A DNA stretch of 64,000 bases from a bacterium (lineage in GTDB: Bacteria; SAR324; NAC60-12). A model generated the notes under the pieces. It saw only the letters and a program-made list of their open reading frames with translations, ran no database searches and had not been told where the DNA came from. Position numbers and translations under genes: made by a program. Below are positions 1-10,324 of the stretch, one piece after another. The stretch is taken from NCBI GenBank assembly GCA_965209155.1, contig OZ242383.1, positions 1,984,001 through 2,048,000 on the forward strand, written 5' to 3'. Positions within the stretch are counted from its first letter, which is position 1. Each line of letters starts with the position of its first letter.

Positions 1-91
1 CTAGCTGGAAAAAAAGCTCTCCCTGCGTGAGAGCTCGGGGATGACAAAAAAAAGGGGTCAAATCTTTTTTCGCTTTATCCGGGGATCAGAT

Positions 92-1240
92 TCAGCGGCT
101 GCTCTCAGGAGTGATAACAGTGGAGGAGATGTCTTTTAAGGCAAGCACACTGATTTTATCATCCAAAGGAAAACTGTCCGGGCCTGGATAAATCACCCAC
201 AAATGCGCCAATTCCAAATCCTGCAAGGCGATTCTCATCGATTTTGTCACTTTCGGCGTATCCTTAAATTTGAACTCCGCCCCCCAAAAACGCCCTTGAT
301 TTTGCCAACATAGATCCAACTCCGCGCCGGCATGGGTTCCCCAAAAAAATACTTCTTCGTTCCGTTTTCTCAACGCTCGGCTGAGGACTGATAAAGCGAA
401 CCCCTCCCAGGACGCTCCTAATTTGGGATGGGCTAACAACTGATCGGAACGGTCGATATATTGCAAGGCATGGAAAATGCCGGAATCGGTTAAATACAAT
501 TTCGGGGCTTTGACCAGGCGTTTGGAGGTATTGTTGAACCAAGGCATCAGCAATCGGACCATAAAGGTGCTTTCCAGGATCTCAAGATAGCGTTTGATGG
601 TCTGATGGGACATGCCAAAGGACTGGGCCAATTCGGAATAGTTCAACGTCGCCCCATGATAATGACTCAACATCATCCAAAAACGCCGCAAGGATTGCGC
701 CGGGATTGTGATGCCCAGTTGGGGAATATCTCGCTCTAAAAACGTCGTGATGTACTGGTCTCGCCAAATCCCACTGTCCGCTTCCTCGGCCAAAAAGGAG
801 CGGGGATATCCCCCTTGAAACCATAGTTTGCGCCATTGGGACTCTCCGACATCGTTCAAACCGAACCCCGCTAGTTGATAATAACCGATACGCCCTGCCA
901 GCGTTTCGGAACTTTGCCGGATCAATCGGCGAGAGGCGCTTCCTAAGATTATATATTTCTGGTCCGAATGATGATCCACCAGATACCGGAGCAGCGGAAA
1001 CAAATCCGGTTTGCGTTGCACTTCATCAATCACAACCGTGCCTTGCAGGGATTCCAACACGATTTGGGGGTTTTCCAATTTGGATAAATCTCTTGGATTT
1101 TCCAAGTCAAAATAATGCTCGCCGGGCAATTGCCGACTGAGTGTGGTTTTTCCGCATTGCCGGGGGCCCAGGATGGCGGTCACTGGAAAAATCGTGGTCA
1201 GCTTTTTGATTTGATCAAGATCGAATGCGCGTTGAATCAT
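92..1240 (-). CDS. AAA+ ATP-binding protein with C-terminal DUF4143-type domain
   Basis: Walker A GPRQCGKTT, Walker B VVIDEVQ, KRLVKAPKLY..DSG and GASWEGF motifs. Start set at MIQRAF (the ORF extends to 1288). Confidence 0.85.
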   Translation of the reverse strand: MIQRAFDLDQIKKLTTIFPVTAILGPRQCGKTTLSRQLPGEHYFDLENPRDLSKLENPQIVLESLQGTVVIDEVQRKPDLFPLLRYLVDHHSDQKYIILGSASRRLIRQSSETLAGRIGYYQLAGFGLNDVGESQWRKLWFQGGYPRSFLAEEADSGIWRDQYITTFLERDIPQLGITIPAQSLRRFWMMLSHYHGATLNYSELAQSFGMSHQTIKRYLEILESTFMVRLLMPWFNNTSKRLVKAPKLYLTDSGIFHALQYIDRSDQLLAHPKLGASWEGFALSVLSRALRKRNEEVFFWGTHAGAELDLCWQNQGRFWGAEFKFKDTPKVTKSMRIALQDLELAHLWVIYPGPDSFPLDDKISVLALKDISSTVITPESSR

Positions 1241-1681
1241 GATGGCATTTTTGCTTCGCTTTCTCAAATTTCCTTGAAAAAATTCCATCTAATATTACAG
1301 ATTTCAAGAAAAAAAGGCAACTTTATATTCTTGTATCGTATTTCTACCATCAACCACGATCGGCTAACCGCTCAAATTACTTGCCTCTTCGCCAGCAAGG
1401 AAGACAGCGACATGACCAACTTTATTGGGTGTGCCTGTAAAGTACAAAGGGGGTCAAATCTTTTTTTGCTTTAAAGAAAAGCCTAATCGAAAGAACAGGG
1501 GAAACGGATTACCAAGGGTGCCCCTTGTCAAGCACTCTTTTCCTCAAGGTCATAGGATGGCTTCCGTTTGCTGAGGGGCGCATCAGTGCGCTATGGCGGG
1601 TCTCAGGCGAGGTCTCGTCAAAAGAGAGCTTCATGATTTTTGGAAAGGGGCGCATCTCGCGCGACACAGCGAATGAATGGT

Positions 1682-2665
1682 TCAACCCCCCACTGCGCCT
1701 TGGGTATTGACATAAAGGGCATATACGGATTGGGAGGCAGCCATGAAAAGCCGGTTGCGTTTGAGACCGCCGAAACAAACGTTGGCACAGGTTTCGGGCA
1801 AGGCAATATGGCCAATGTGAGCGCCTTCCGGCGTGAAGATATAAACACCGTCGAGTGCCTCTGATCCCCTACCCCAACCGCACCAGAGATTGCCATCGAC
1901 GTCGCAACGCATTCCGTCCGGGACGCCGTCGGAGCCGGCATCGATGAACAGGCGTTTATTGGTGAGTTTGCAGCCATTTTCCGCTACATCGTAAACGAGG
2001 ATTTTCTGAGTTGGAACGCCGCGTGATTCCACCACGTAAAGCTTCGTCTCGTCCGGGGAGAAGCATAGACCGTTCGGGCTGAGAATATCGTCGGCTACTA
2101 CAATGCCTTCCCCTGTCTTGCCATCGACCCGGTACACGTTTTGTCCCACTTCGGGTTCCGCCTTGTGACCTTCATAGTGGCCAATAATGCCAAATACCGG
2201 GTCGGTGAACCAGATGGAACCATCGGATTTGACCACCACGTCGTTGGGTGAGTTGAGTCGCTTGCCTTCCCAATTGTCCATCAAAACAGTGAGCGTGCCG
2301 TCGTATTCGGTGCGGGTCACGCGCCGGCTTCCGTGCTCACAAGTTACCAGGCGACCCTGCCGGTCCCGGGTGTTCCCATTCGCGAAGTTAGAGGGTTTGC
2401 GATAGACGCTGACTGCCCCCGTTTCTTCTTCCCACTTGAGCATACGTTCATTGGGAATATCACTCCATAGCAAGTAGCGACCATCCCCAAACCACACCGG
2501 GCCCTCGGCCCAGCGGCAGCCGGTGTAGAGCCGTTCGACAGCCGAGTGCTTGATCCAATATTGTTCAAATCGTCCGTCGATGGCTGTGATTGCCGGATCC
2601 GGATAGCGTGGGTGCGGCCGCCAACCAGCTGTGGTCGGATGCAAAGTGGGTCTCATTTTCGTCAT
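1682..2665 (-). CDS. SMP-30/gluconolactonase family protein
   Basis: WAEGPVW, NSPNDVVV, PNGLCFSPDE and PDGMRCD..GNLW beta-propeller motifs. Confidence 0.9.
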   Translation of the reverse strand: MTKMRPTLHPTTAGWRPHPRYPDPAITAIDGRFEQYWIKHSAVERLYTGCRWAEGPVWFGDGRYLLWSDIPNERMLKWEEETGAVSVYRKPSNFANGNTRDRQGRLVTCEHGSRRVTRTEYDGTLTVLMDNWEGKRLNSPNDVVVKSDGSIWFTDPVFGIIGHYEGHKAEPEVGQNVYRVDGKTGEGIVVADDILSPNGLCFSPDETKLYVVESRGVPTQKILVYDVAENGCKLTNKRLFIDAGSDGVPDGMRCDVDGNLWCGWGRGSEALDGVYIFTPEGAHIGHIALPETCANVCFGGLKRNRLFMAASQSVYALYVNTQGAVGG

Positions 2666-2790
2666 ACGATCATTCTCTTTTACAATTGACTGGAAAATTT
2701 AAAAACAACGCAAACCGTATCATTTGAAAACCTATGCGTAAAAAGAATTTTATGGAGATTTTTATTTTTAGCAAGATATTCAAATTATTA

Positions 2791-2961
2791 TGCGAATCAG
2801 GAGTTCAAAAAGGAGTCATTCCTGTCCCGGATCAAGTCCGGGATGACCAGGAATCCAGGGGCAGGCAGCCAGACTGAAATCTGGATTCCGGGTCTCCGCC
2901 CGGAATGACATATACACCAAGATATTCATATGATTGAAGATTGAAGTCGAGTTCGGGTTAA
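2791..2961. repeat. REP/MITE-like palindromic element
   Basis: GCGAATCAGGAGTT..GTCATTCC..GGAATCCAG..CTGGATTCC..GGAATGACA core. Its right end is the reverse complement of the ends at 10325 and 11395. Confidence 0.75.
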
Positions 2962-5441
2962 ATCACAATATTGACGAGTTTATTTTTAATGATAATGAGT
3001 TTACGAATGGTACGATTTGCCAGGTAAGATTGAATTTTAGGAGAATTGAGCACTTTTTCTTCAATGAGCGATTGTTCCAAATCCAGGGGCACCTCCAATC
3101 GATCACGCAATTTCCCATTAACCTGTACTACCAGTGTGATCGATTCTTTTTTTGCGAGTTCTTCGTCGAATTGAGGCCATTGCTGGAGGTGGATCGAATA
3201 TCCGGCATGTTTTTGCTGCCAGAGTTCCTCGGCGATATGAGGCGTGACAGGAGCCAGCATTAAAAGTAAAGTATCGATCGCTTCTTCCCAAGCGGGAGAG
3301 GAAACAGTCGTTTGCACCAGATCCTTCAAGGAATTACGAAAGCTCATGAGAGCTGCAATGGCCGTGTTGAATTTAAATTGATTGTAGTCTTGAGTGACCT
3401 TCTTCAAAGTTTGATGGGTTGTTTTTTTCAATAACCTGATCTTTTCCGCATTGAATTCAGTGGCCCCGGAATCTTTAAGATTTGATAGATTCCAAACATC
3501 CTTGAGAAATCGGACTATTCCCTCTATTCCTTGTGAACTCCAGGGACCGCCCGCTTCCCAGGGTCCGATAAACATCAAATAAGCTCGCACCGCGTCGACT
3601 CCATTCTGGAGGACGATACTGTCCGGATTGATTACGTTTCCCCGGCTTTTCGACATCTTTTCACGATCTTCACCGAGAATCATTCCTTGATTGAAAAGAT
3701 TTTCTGTTGGCTCCCGAAATGGTAACAGTCCTATATCCGCCAACATCTTGGTGAAGAAGCGAAAATACAATAGATGCATGGTGGCATGCTCGATACCTCC
3801 GGTATATTGATCCACAGGCAGCCAATAATCCGCGAGTTTTTTATCCCAGGGCAGTTCCTCTCTAGTCAGTTTTTGACCTGTTTTCCAATAAGGAGAAAGA
3901 TAAGCGTAATAATACCAGGAGGAGCAAAAAAAGGTGTCCATTGTATCGGTTTCCCTTTCCGCTCCTTGGCCGCATTGGGGGCAGGTTGTTTTTAAAAAAT
4001 CCTCATGATACTTGAGAGGGCTCTCCCCGGTTGGTTTAAATTCAGCGTCATCGGGTAATGTGACAGGCAGATCTTCATAGGGAACCGGCACTGCTCCGCA
4101 ATCAATACAATGCACGAAGGGAATAGGAGTACCCCACATCCTTTGCCGGCTGATCAACCAGTCATGAAGACGGAAATTGACTTTTCGTTCCCCGATACCC
4201 TGCGCTTCCATGAATTGAGCTATTTTTTCAAATCCCAGTGGCCATTCCAATCCATTGAAATCTCCACTGTTGACCATGACCGTGTCTTCTTTACTCACAA
4301 AGGCTTCGCTCAGGGCTTCTCCTGTCGGAACGGTTCCCTTTGAGTCTTTCGGTTGAATAACCGTTGCAACCGGGAGATGGTATTTGCGTGCGAATTGAAG
4401 ATCCCGGTGATCGTGCGCAGGCACTGCCATGATGGCTCCCGTTCCATAGGTTGCCAGCACATAATCGGCAATCCAAATCGGGACTCGTTGCTGGTTCAAT
4501 GGATTGATGGCATAAGCGCCCGTAAAAACTCCGTCTGTTTCTTTTCCTTCCGCAGTGCGTTCAATTTCCGATTTCTGACTGGCAACTTTCCGGTAATTCC
4601 TCACGGCTTGACCCTGTTCCCCGGTCGTAATGACGTCAACCAAGGGATGTTCTGGTGCAAGTACACAAAAAGTCATACCAAAAACCGTATCGGGTCGGGT
4701 TGTAAAGACACGAAAATCATGTCCGTCTTTTCCTGCAATTCGGAGACTGAATTCAACACCTTCACTTTTACCAATCCACTTGGTTTGCATTTGTTTAACC
4801 GGTTCCGGCCACTCCATCCCCTCGAAATTCAAGAGTTCTTCACTGTATCGGGTGATTTTCAGCTTCCATTGTTTGAGTTCCTTCTTGATAACCGGATTTT
4901 CGCAACGATCACAAAGGCGTTGCTCTCCAATCACCTGTTCCCTGGCAAGCGTGGTGTTGCAATTCATGCAAAAATCCACAGGGGCATACTCCTGGTAGGC
5001 CCATCCGTTTTCATAAAACTTGAGAAAGAACCACTGGTTCCATTTGTAATATTCAGGATCGCAAGTGACCACTTCATGATCCCAAACAAACATTGCTCCC
5101 ATGGAACGCAGTTGCTTGCGCATGCGGTCCATATTTTCATAGGTCCACTCTTTTGGATGGATGTTGCGCTTAATGGCCGCATTTTCCGCAGGCAATCCAA
5201 AAGCATCGAATCCTATTGGAAAAAATACGTTGAAACCCTGCATTCGTTTGTAACGAGCAAATGCGTCTGAAGGAGTCATGGCATACCAATGCCCGATGTG
5301 CAGATCACCGGAAGGATAAGGCAACATGGTCAGCATATAAAATTTAGGATCGGAGGCAAAAGGCGTTGCCCGGTAGAGCCCGTCTTCCTCCCATTTTTTC
5401 TGCCATTTCCTCTCAATTTCACTGGGATGGTATGTACTCAT
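2958..5441 (-). CDS. leuS: leucine--tRNA ligase
   Basis: PYPSGDLHIGH and KMSKSRGN motifs, CP1 editing domain (FTTRPDT, GTGAIMAVPAHD), VVQVNGKLR C-terminus. Confidence 0.97.
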   Translation of the reverse strand: MSTYHPSEIERKWQKKWEEDGLYRATPFASDPKFYMLTMLPYPSGDLHIGHWYAMTPSDAFARYKRMQGFNVFFPIGFDAFGLPAENAAIKRNIHPKEWTYENMDRMRKQLRSMGAMFVWDHEVVTCDPEYYKWNQWFFLKFYENGWAYQEYAPVDFCMNCNTTLAREQVIGEQRLCDRCENPVIKKELKQWKLKITRYSEELLNFEGMEWPEPVKQMQTKWIGKSEGVEFSLRIAGKDGHDFRVFTTRPDTVFGMTFCVLAPEHPLVDVITTGEQGQAVRNYRKVASQKSEIERTAEGKETDGVFTGAYAINPLNQQRVPIWIADYVLATYGTGAIMAVPAHDHRDLQFARKYHLPVATVIQPKDSKGTVPTGEALSEAFVSKEDTVMVNSGDFNGLEWPLGFEKIAQFMEAQGIGERKVNFRLHDWLISRQRMWGTPIPFVHCIDCGAVPVPYEDLPVTLPDDAEFKPTGESPLKYHEDFLKTTCPQCGQGAERETDTMDTFFCSSWYYYAYLSPYWKTGQKLTREELPWDKKLADYWLPVDQYTGGIEHATMHLLYFRFFTKMLADIGLLPFREPTENLFNQGMILGEDREKMSKSRGNVINPDSIVLQNGVDAVRAYLMFIGPWEAGGPWSSQGIEGIVRFLKDVWNLSNLKDSGATEFNAEKIRLLKKTTHQTLKKVTQDYNQFKFNTAIAALMSFRNSLKDLVQTTVSSPAWEEAIDTLLLMLAPVTPHIAEELWQQKHAGYSIHLQQWPQFDEELAKKESITLVVQVNGKLRDRLEVPLDLEQSLIEEKVLNSPKIQSYLANRTIRKLIIIKNKLVNIVI

Positions 5442-5614
5442 TTTATCATTTTTGGATGAATGTGATCTGAGGAATGTGAACTGCCATTGGAGAAACAATC
5501 GAAAATTGTGGATGGACTAAATTTAAAAGTGGCGTATCCTGTTGATGGAATGCAAGCCGATGAAAGAATAACATCAAATACTGGTCTTCATGTCAATGGA
5601 GAAAGGATTCGCGG

Positions 5615-6907
5615 ATGAGCAAGCTTAACGTGATTGATCCGGAGAAGCCAGAGAAATTATATCAGATTGACCGGGCTCTTGGTGCTGGTGGCGATCAAGA
5701 ACATCGTGCTGCCCCTTGTGTTCCTGCAGGATTCTCTTTCGATGAAGAAATCGAGCGGCGCAAAGTTCCCGCGTTGAAGGTGCATCCGCTCGTCATCGGA
5801 GCGGATGGAGAAGACCTGTTTGCCGCAAGCGTCGCTGATATGGACTTCAAAGCGCCGGATTGCGTTCTCGAGGCTCTTCAGGAGCGGCTCGAACACGGTG
5901 TTTTCGGGTATGAGGACGTGCCCGATGCTTTGCTGCCCGCCATTACCGAATGGCAGCGACGTCGCCATGGCTGGGACGTCCAGCAGAGTTACGTCCTGCG
6001 CGCGCCCAATATTTTGAGTGTGCTCGCGATGGCAGCATCACTTTTCACAAGTAAAGGAGATGGGGTGATCGTTCAGCCGCCGGTGTTTTACGACTTCTTT
6101 GACGTCTTGCAGGAGAACGAGCGGGCTATCATATCCAACCCTCTGGTGTTGGAGAATGGTCGATATACCATGGACTTCGATGATCTCGAACGCAAGGCCT
6201 CCGATTCGAGGACCAAAATGATTTTTCTCTGCAATCCTCACAACCCGGTCGGGCGCATTTGGACTTCGGGCGAACTTCGAACCCTCGGTGGGATTTGCGA
6301 GCGCCATGGGGTTCTCGTCGTATCGGATGAAATGCACGGTGACCTGGCCTTCAAGGGGCACGAGTTCACGCCCTTCGCGTCGCTTGGGTCCACCTTTGCC
6401 GCCAACAGCATGACCTGCCTGTCACCTGCCAAGACCTTCAACATTGCCGCGTGCTGTTCGGGGTTTGCCGTCATCCCGGATGATGAGCGGAGAAATGCTT
6501 TTCAGGCAGAAAACAGCCGCTTGACGGTCAACAAGAACAACGCCTTTGCCAATGTGGCGATGGTTGCTGCGTACACCAAGGGAGAGCCGTGGCTCGATGC
6601 GGTGCTCGACTACGTCCAGGGAAACCTTGACCTGACAAGAGACCGGTTGGCGCGCATTCCGGGAATCGAGCTGATTGAACCGGAAGGCACGCACCAGCTC
6701 TGGTTGGACTTCAGGCAGTTGGGTCTGAAACCGGATGAACAGGTGTCTTTTCTAAGGAACAAGGCAAGATGGGTTGCATCTCGCGGGCAAAAGTTCGGCG
6801 AGAATGGCGCTGGTTTTGCTCGGATCAGCATCGCATGCCCACGCGCGAAGCTTGCCCGAGCATTGGATCATCTCGCAAGCGCTATGTCCGGGTTTGACGC
6901 CGCATAG
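5615..6907 (+). CDS. patB: PLP-dependent C-S lyase/aminotransferase, MalY/PatB family
   Basis: VADMDF, LCNPHNPVGR, VSDEMHGDL and SPAKTFN (PLP lysine) motifs. Confidence 0.88.
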   Translation: MSKLNVIDPEKPEKLYQIDRALGAGGDQEHRAAPCVPAGFSFDEEIERRKVPALKVHPLVIGADGEDLFAASVADMDFKAPDCVLEALQERLEHGVFGYEDVPDALLPAITEWQRRRHGWDVQQSYVLRAPNILSVLAMAASLFTSKGDGVIVQPPVFYDFFDVLQENERAIISNPLVLENGRYTMDFDDLERKASDSRTKMIFLCNPHNPVGRIWTSGELRTLGGICERHGVLVVSDEMHGDLAFKGHEFTPFASLGSTFAANSMTCLSPAKTFNIAACCSGFAVIPDDERRNAFQAENSRLTVNKNNAFANVAMVAAYTKGEPWLDAVLDYVQGNLDLTRDRLARIPGIELIEPEGTHQLWLDFRQLGLKPDEQVSFLRNKARWVASRGQKFGENGAGFARISIACPRAKLARALDHLASAMSGFDAA

Positions 6908-7049
6908 ATGCGGACTCCGGAACTCAGTCGGTAGATCCATTCCTTACGAGTATCCCTCGGAAACAGGCATGCAACTACGGGTTCGGCCCTGGTTCTGAAT
7001 GACCACAGGGAGTGCTATCTTATTTTTGTGATGCAAAATGGGACCTATA

Positions 7050-7225
7050 AATCTCAGGGACCCCCTTGTCTGAAATCTGGCTCTTTTAAGCACATACAGA
7101 AAAAACAACGAAACATTATAGACCCCCCATCCCGTCAAGAAACCTGCTAAAAAATCAAAAAAAACTCCTTAAAATTTGTCTTTACAAACCTATTCCCAGG
7201 TGCTAGCGTTTTGTGTAATTAATGT
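7050..7225 (+). mobile_element. isolated 3' non-coding end of an IS91-like element
   Basis: Aligns with 43875-44050, downstream of the IS91-like transposase remnant, and with 41429-41480. Confidence 0.6.
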
Positions 7226-7249
7226 GAACGCATTGCTGTCAACGAAGCA

Positions 7250-7363
7250 CATGAAGAAAAGATGGCCCGGTTCTACGCTCAGTGGAGGGATCGAAAAACC
7301 GATGCCCAGCCCCTCGCTGCGGCCGTTGAGCAGAAACTCGCGCTGCTTGGGTTCAGGAAGTAG
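7250..7363 (+). pseudogene. C-terminal remnant of type I R-M methyltransferase HsdM
   Basis: Translates HEEKMARFYAQWRDRKTDAQPLAAAVEQKLALLGFRK*, which resembles the HsdM C-terminal helix. Confidence 0.55.
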
Positions 7364-7373
7364 AGGACACCCG

Positions 7374-7769
7374 ATGAAACTGGATTTGACACCGCTGGAA
7401 GACGCCGTTGCCCAGTTGGAGGAAGCCCTGGACATCTACCACTCCGACTTGGCCTTGAACCACCCTCGCCTCAAGCGGCATCTGAGGGCTGCCGTCATTC
7501 AGGCGTTCGCATTCACCTACGAGCTTTGCTTCAGGATGCTGAAGAGTTACCTGGAGTTCGCCTCCGCCAACCCGGCAGAGATCGACGAGTTCGTCTTCAA
7601 CGACGTTATCCGAGCGTTTGAGACTGCACTAGGACCGTTGATGAATCGCATCCTTGGTAATATGACAGAATCCCGAACGCTTGCCGCGCAGCGTGACGCG
7701 CTACTTCCAGGGTTGGTGAGCGGGGAGGTGACCTCTCAAAAACTGCTTTATCCAAACTTTCAAGCCTGA
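7374..7769 (+). pseudogene. chimera of a HEPN/HI0074-family N-terminus and an HsdS C-terminal helix
   Basis: RAAVIQAFAFTYEL..MLKSYL (HI0074-like) followed by ESRTLAAQRDALLPGLVSGEV (HsdS end). Confidence 0.65.
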
Positions 7770-7826
7770 CACAGAAACCGAAATCGCTTTAAAAGCTGAA
7801 ATTCATGAGGACCTTGGAGGAGTCAA

Positions 7827-8822
7827 ATGCAGGAAAACACGCGCACTTCAACGACAGGCCATCGATACAGTTATGGAACGATGATGGTTGCCGCTTTGGC
7901 GCTGGCGGTCCTTTCCTCTGTGGAGTGGTTGGACCATTTCGCCGAAGAGCGCATTTCTGAGACGACCAGGGAATCCATCGCCATTTTCGTTTTGTCCCGG
8001 GGAGTCAACGCCGGCATTTCGATGCTACAGAGCTCTGAAGTCGGTATCGGCATTGCGTCCATGCAAATCGGCGAATTGCTCGACCCGATCAACGATGCCG
8101 CGGAAAGACTCTCATCGGTCATGGTTTGGGCCATCGGATCGCTGTTGCTCCAACGTTTCGCTTTGGAGTTGACGTCGGCCGCCCTCTTCAAGTGGGGATT
8201 TTTTGCGATTGCCGTCGTGTTGTTGGTGACACTGCTGATTGTTGAATACCGTCAGTCGAGAAATAAACCAAACGCCAGCCTCGAGCGCTGCCGCAGCGTT
8301 CTCATTCAGGTATTCGTCCTCGCTGCAATGTTGCGCTTCATCGTCCCGGCATTCGTGGCAATCAACCTTCTCATAAGCCAGCAATTCCTGCAGCCGAGGA
8401 TTGAAGAAGAGCGTGCAGGACTTGCGGAACTGCGGGAGAAAATCCCCGTGGTCGAGCAAGAAATTATGGACCTGGCAACGAATGGGGAACAAGCGCTCGA
8501 CGATCACAGCGCAGAGGATCCGGAGCGCGACGAGCCAGGGATTTTTTCCAACCCGCTTGGCGGTCTCAATCGCCTGCTGTCCACCATAACCGACGCCGTA
8601 GACCGCATGTTGCCCGACGTGAATATGCCGGGCCTTTCACGGATCACGGACCTTCGCGACAGGTCAGTCGAGTTTGTTCAGAGATTGACCGAGCTCTTGG
8701 TGCTGGTTGCGATCAAGAACATCGTGTTGCCCCTTGTGTTCCTGGCAATCGCGGTCAAGGGCACCCTGCCCATCGCAACGTGGTTGATTCGGATGAGTGA
8801 GACCCACCGCCGGGAACACTGA
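7827..8822 (+). CDS. hypothetical multi-pass membrane protein
   Basis: 331 aa ORF with RBS GGAG and several hydrophobic segments. Confidence 0.7.
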   Translation: MQENTRTSTTGHRYSYGTMMVAALALAVLSSVEWLDHFAEERISETTRESIAIFVLSRGVNAGISMLQSSEVGIGIASMQIGELLDPINDAAERLSSVMVWAIGSLLLQRFALELTSAALFKWGFFAIAVVLLVTLLIVEYRQSRNKPNASLERCRSVLIQVFVLAAMLRFIVPAFVAINLLISQQFLQPRIEEERAGLAELREKIPVVEQEIMDLATNGEQALDDHSAEDPERDEPGIFSNPLGGLNRLLSTITDAVDRMLPDVNMPGLSRITDLRDRSVEFVQRLTELLVLVAIKNIVLPLVFLAIAVKGTLPIATWLIRMSETHRREH

Positions 8823-8881
8823 GCGCTCTCAACGGTCTGAGCATGCGCCAAAAGGGGTCCAGCTTGGAAGTAATGATTGCG

Positions 8882-9598
8882 CTAACCCCGGTCTCCACCA
8901 CTATGAGACTCTCCGGAACCTTCTGAGCCGCCAGAACCATGTTCTCCAGAACGTCCCGAACCATGTTCTCCAGAACCTTCTGAGCTTCCAGAGCGTCCCG
9001 AACCATGTTCTCCAGAACCTTCTGAGCTTCCAGAGCCTTCAGTACGTCCCGAACCATGTTCTCCAGAACCTTCTGAGCCTCCTGAACTATGTTCCCCAGA
9101 ACCTTCAGCACCTTCGCCGCCTCCATGTCCCGTTTCTGTTCCAGTTTCGGGATGAGCCGTCCAGGTGCCAAAAGTTCCTACTGCATCAAGCCGCACAGGT
9201 ATCTTTTGTCCTGGACTGAGATCCATTCTTTGAGTGGGTCCTAGTTCAATCCCATTTGATTGATGCACTTCAACACGAACATCAGAGAGCGTTGTTGTCA
9301 AGGTATTTTCCACAGTACCCACAAAGGCATTTACCTGGCTGTCATAAGATATGATCAACCTCATGCCATTGACCACATGGTCATACGTTTCACTCAGCTT
9401 ATAGGTTCCTGTCTGTTCGGCAGCATCACCTCCTTGACCTTCACCACCCATTTCTCGACTACCATGAGATTCTCCAGAGCTTTCAGAACCTTCAAAACCT
9501 CCAGAGCCTCCAAAACCATGTTCTCTATTAGTACATGCATTTAATACCAACATTGATCCTAAGATCAAAATCATCAGCACTTTTAAAAAATATTTCAT
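8882..9598 (-). CDS. putative lipoprotein with Gly/Ser/Glu/His low-complexity repeats
   Basis: Signal peptide with lipobox-like LNAC, GSEGSGEHGSG repeats, RBS GAGG. Confidence 0.75.
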   Translation of the reverse strand: MKYFLKVLMILILGSMLVLNACTNREHGFGGSGGFEGSESSGESHGSREMGGEGQGGDAAEQTGTYKLSETYDHVVNGMRLIISYDSQVNAFVGTVENTLTTTLSDVRVEVHQSNGIELGPTQRMDLSPGQKIPVRLDAVGTFGTWTAHPETGTETGHGGGEGAEGSGEHSSGGSEGSGEHGSGRTEGSGSSEGSGEHGSGRSGSSEGSGEHGSGRSGEHGSGGSEGSGESHSGGDRG

Positions 9599-9792
9599 AA
9601 TTTCCTCATTTCAATCAGATTTGAAAAACAGGACATCGACCGTCGACGTCCACTGAGGCAATTATAAGCGATCCAATGTTTTTTGAGGGTCAATGGAGTG
9701 TAATGTTTTTGTAAATTTTTCGATCCGGATCCATCATCGATTTATAACGGATTATTAGCAAATGGAGCGTGGCGGAAGTGAACGGGTTCTTA

Positions 9793-9980
9793 GAACCTGT
9801 TTGAAAGTCATTTAATTCTCTTTAACATCAAGCAAATCATAGCGACATAGATCATATTTTCAGAGTTTTTTGTTTTTCTTTCATAATCGATGTTGAGTCT
9901 GAGATACCATCCAAACCAGGAAAAGGTTCTTTCGACGATCCACCTTTTCGGTAGGACCTGAAAGCCCGTTCCCTGGATGT
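9793..9980 (-). pseudogene. IS5-family transposase 3' fragment with right end
   Basis: Minus strand reads GFQVLPKRWIVERTFSWFGWYLRLNIDYERKTKNSENMIYVAMI, followed by TTCAAACAGGTTC. Confidence 0.8.
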
Positions 9981-10067
9981 TTAGAAAAGGGGGCTGACTT
10001 GAAAGTTTGGAAAAGTAGCGTTATTTTTTTTAAACAAATAGACTTTCCTTTTCGCTGGTTTATGAAG

Positions 10068-10260
10068 ATGGGTCGTCAACCACGCCTTTACTATCCTGGT
10101 GCTTTTTACCATGTGATGCTTCGTGGCAATGGAGGGCAATGCATTTTTTTCATTCCCCCCGGCTTTCGACATTTTTATCACTTGCTCCAAGAAGCTTCCC
10201 ACGCTTTGATCACCGGATTCACACCTTTTGTTTTACGAGCAATCATGTCCCTCCCTGTTC
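10068..10260 (+). pseudogene. REP-associated tyrosine transposase (RAYT/Y1) 5' remnant, frameshifted
   Basis: MGRQPRLYYPGAFYHVMLRGNGGQCIF, then in another frame RIHTFCFTSNHV (degenerate HUH region). Confidence 0.75.
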
Positions 10261-10324
10261 TCCTCCTCTTTCAGGACGGATTATTCATCCAGTGGCTCGA
10301 GTTTATCAACTACAGGAGAATGAA

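Noticed and set aside
8755..9219. Repetitive overlapping ORFs
   Set aside because: Alternative frames of the GSEGSGEH repeat region
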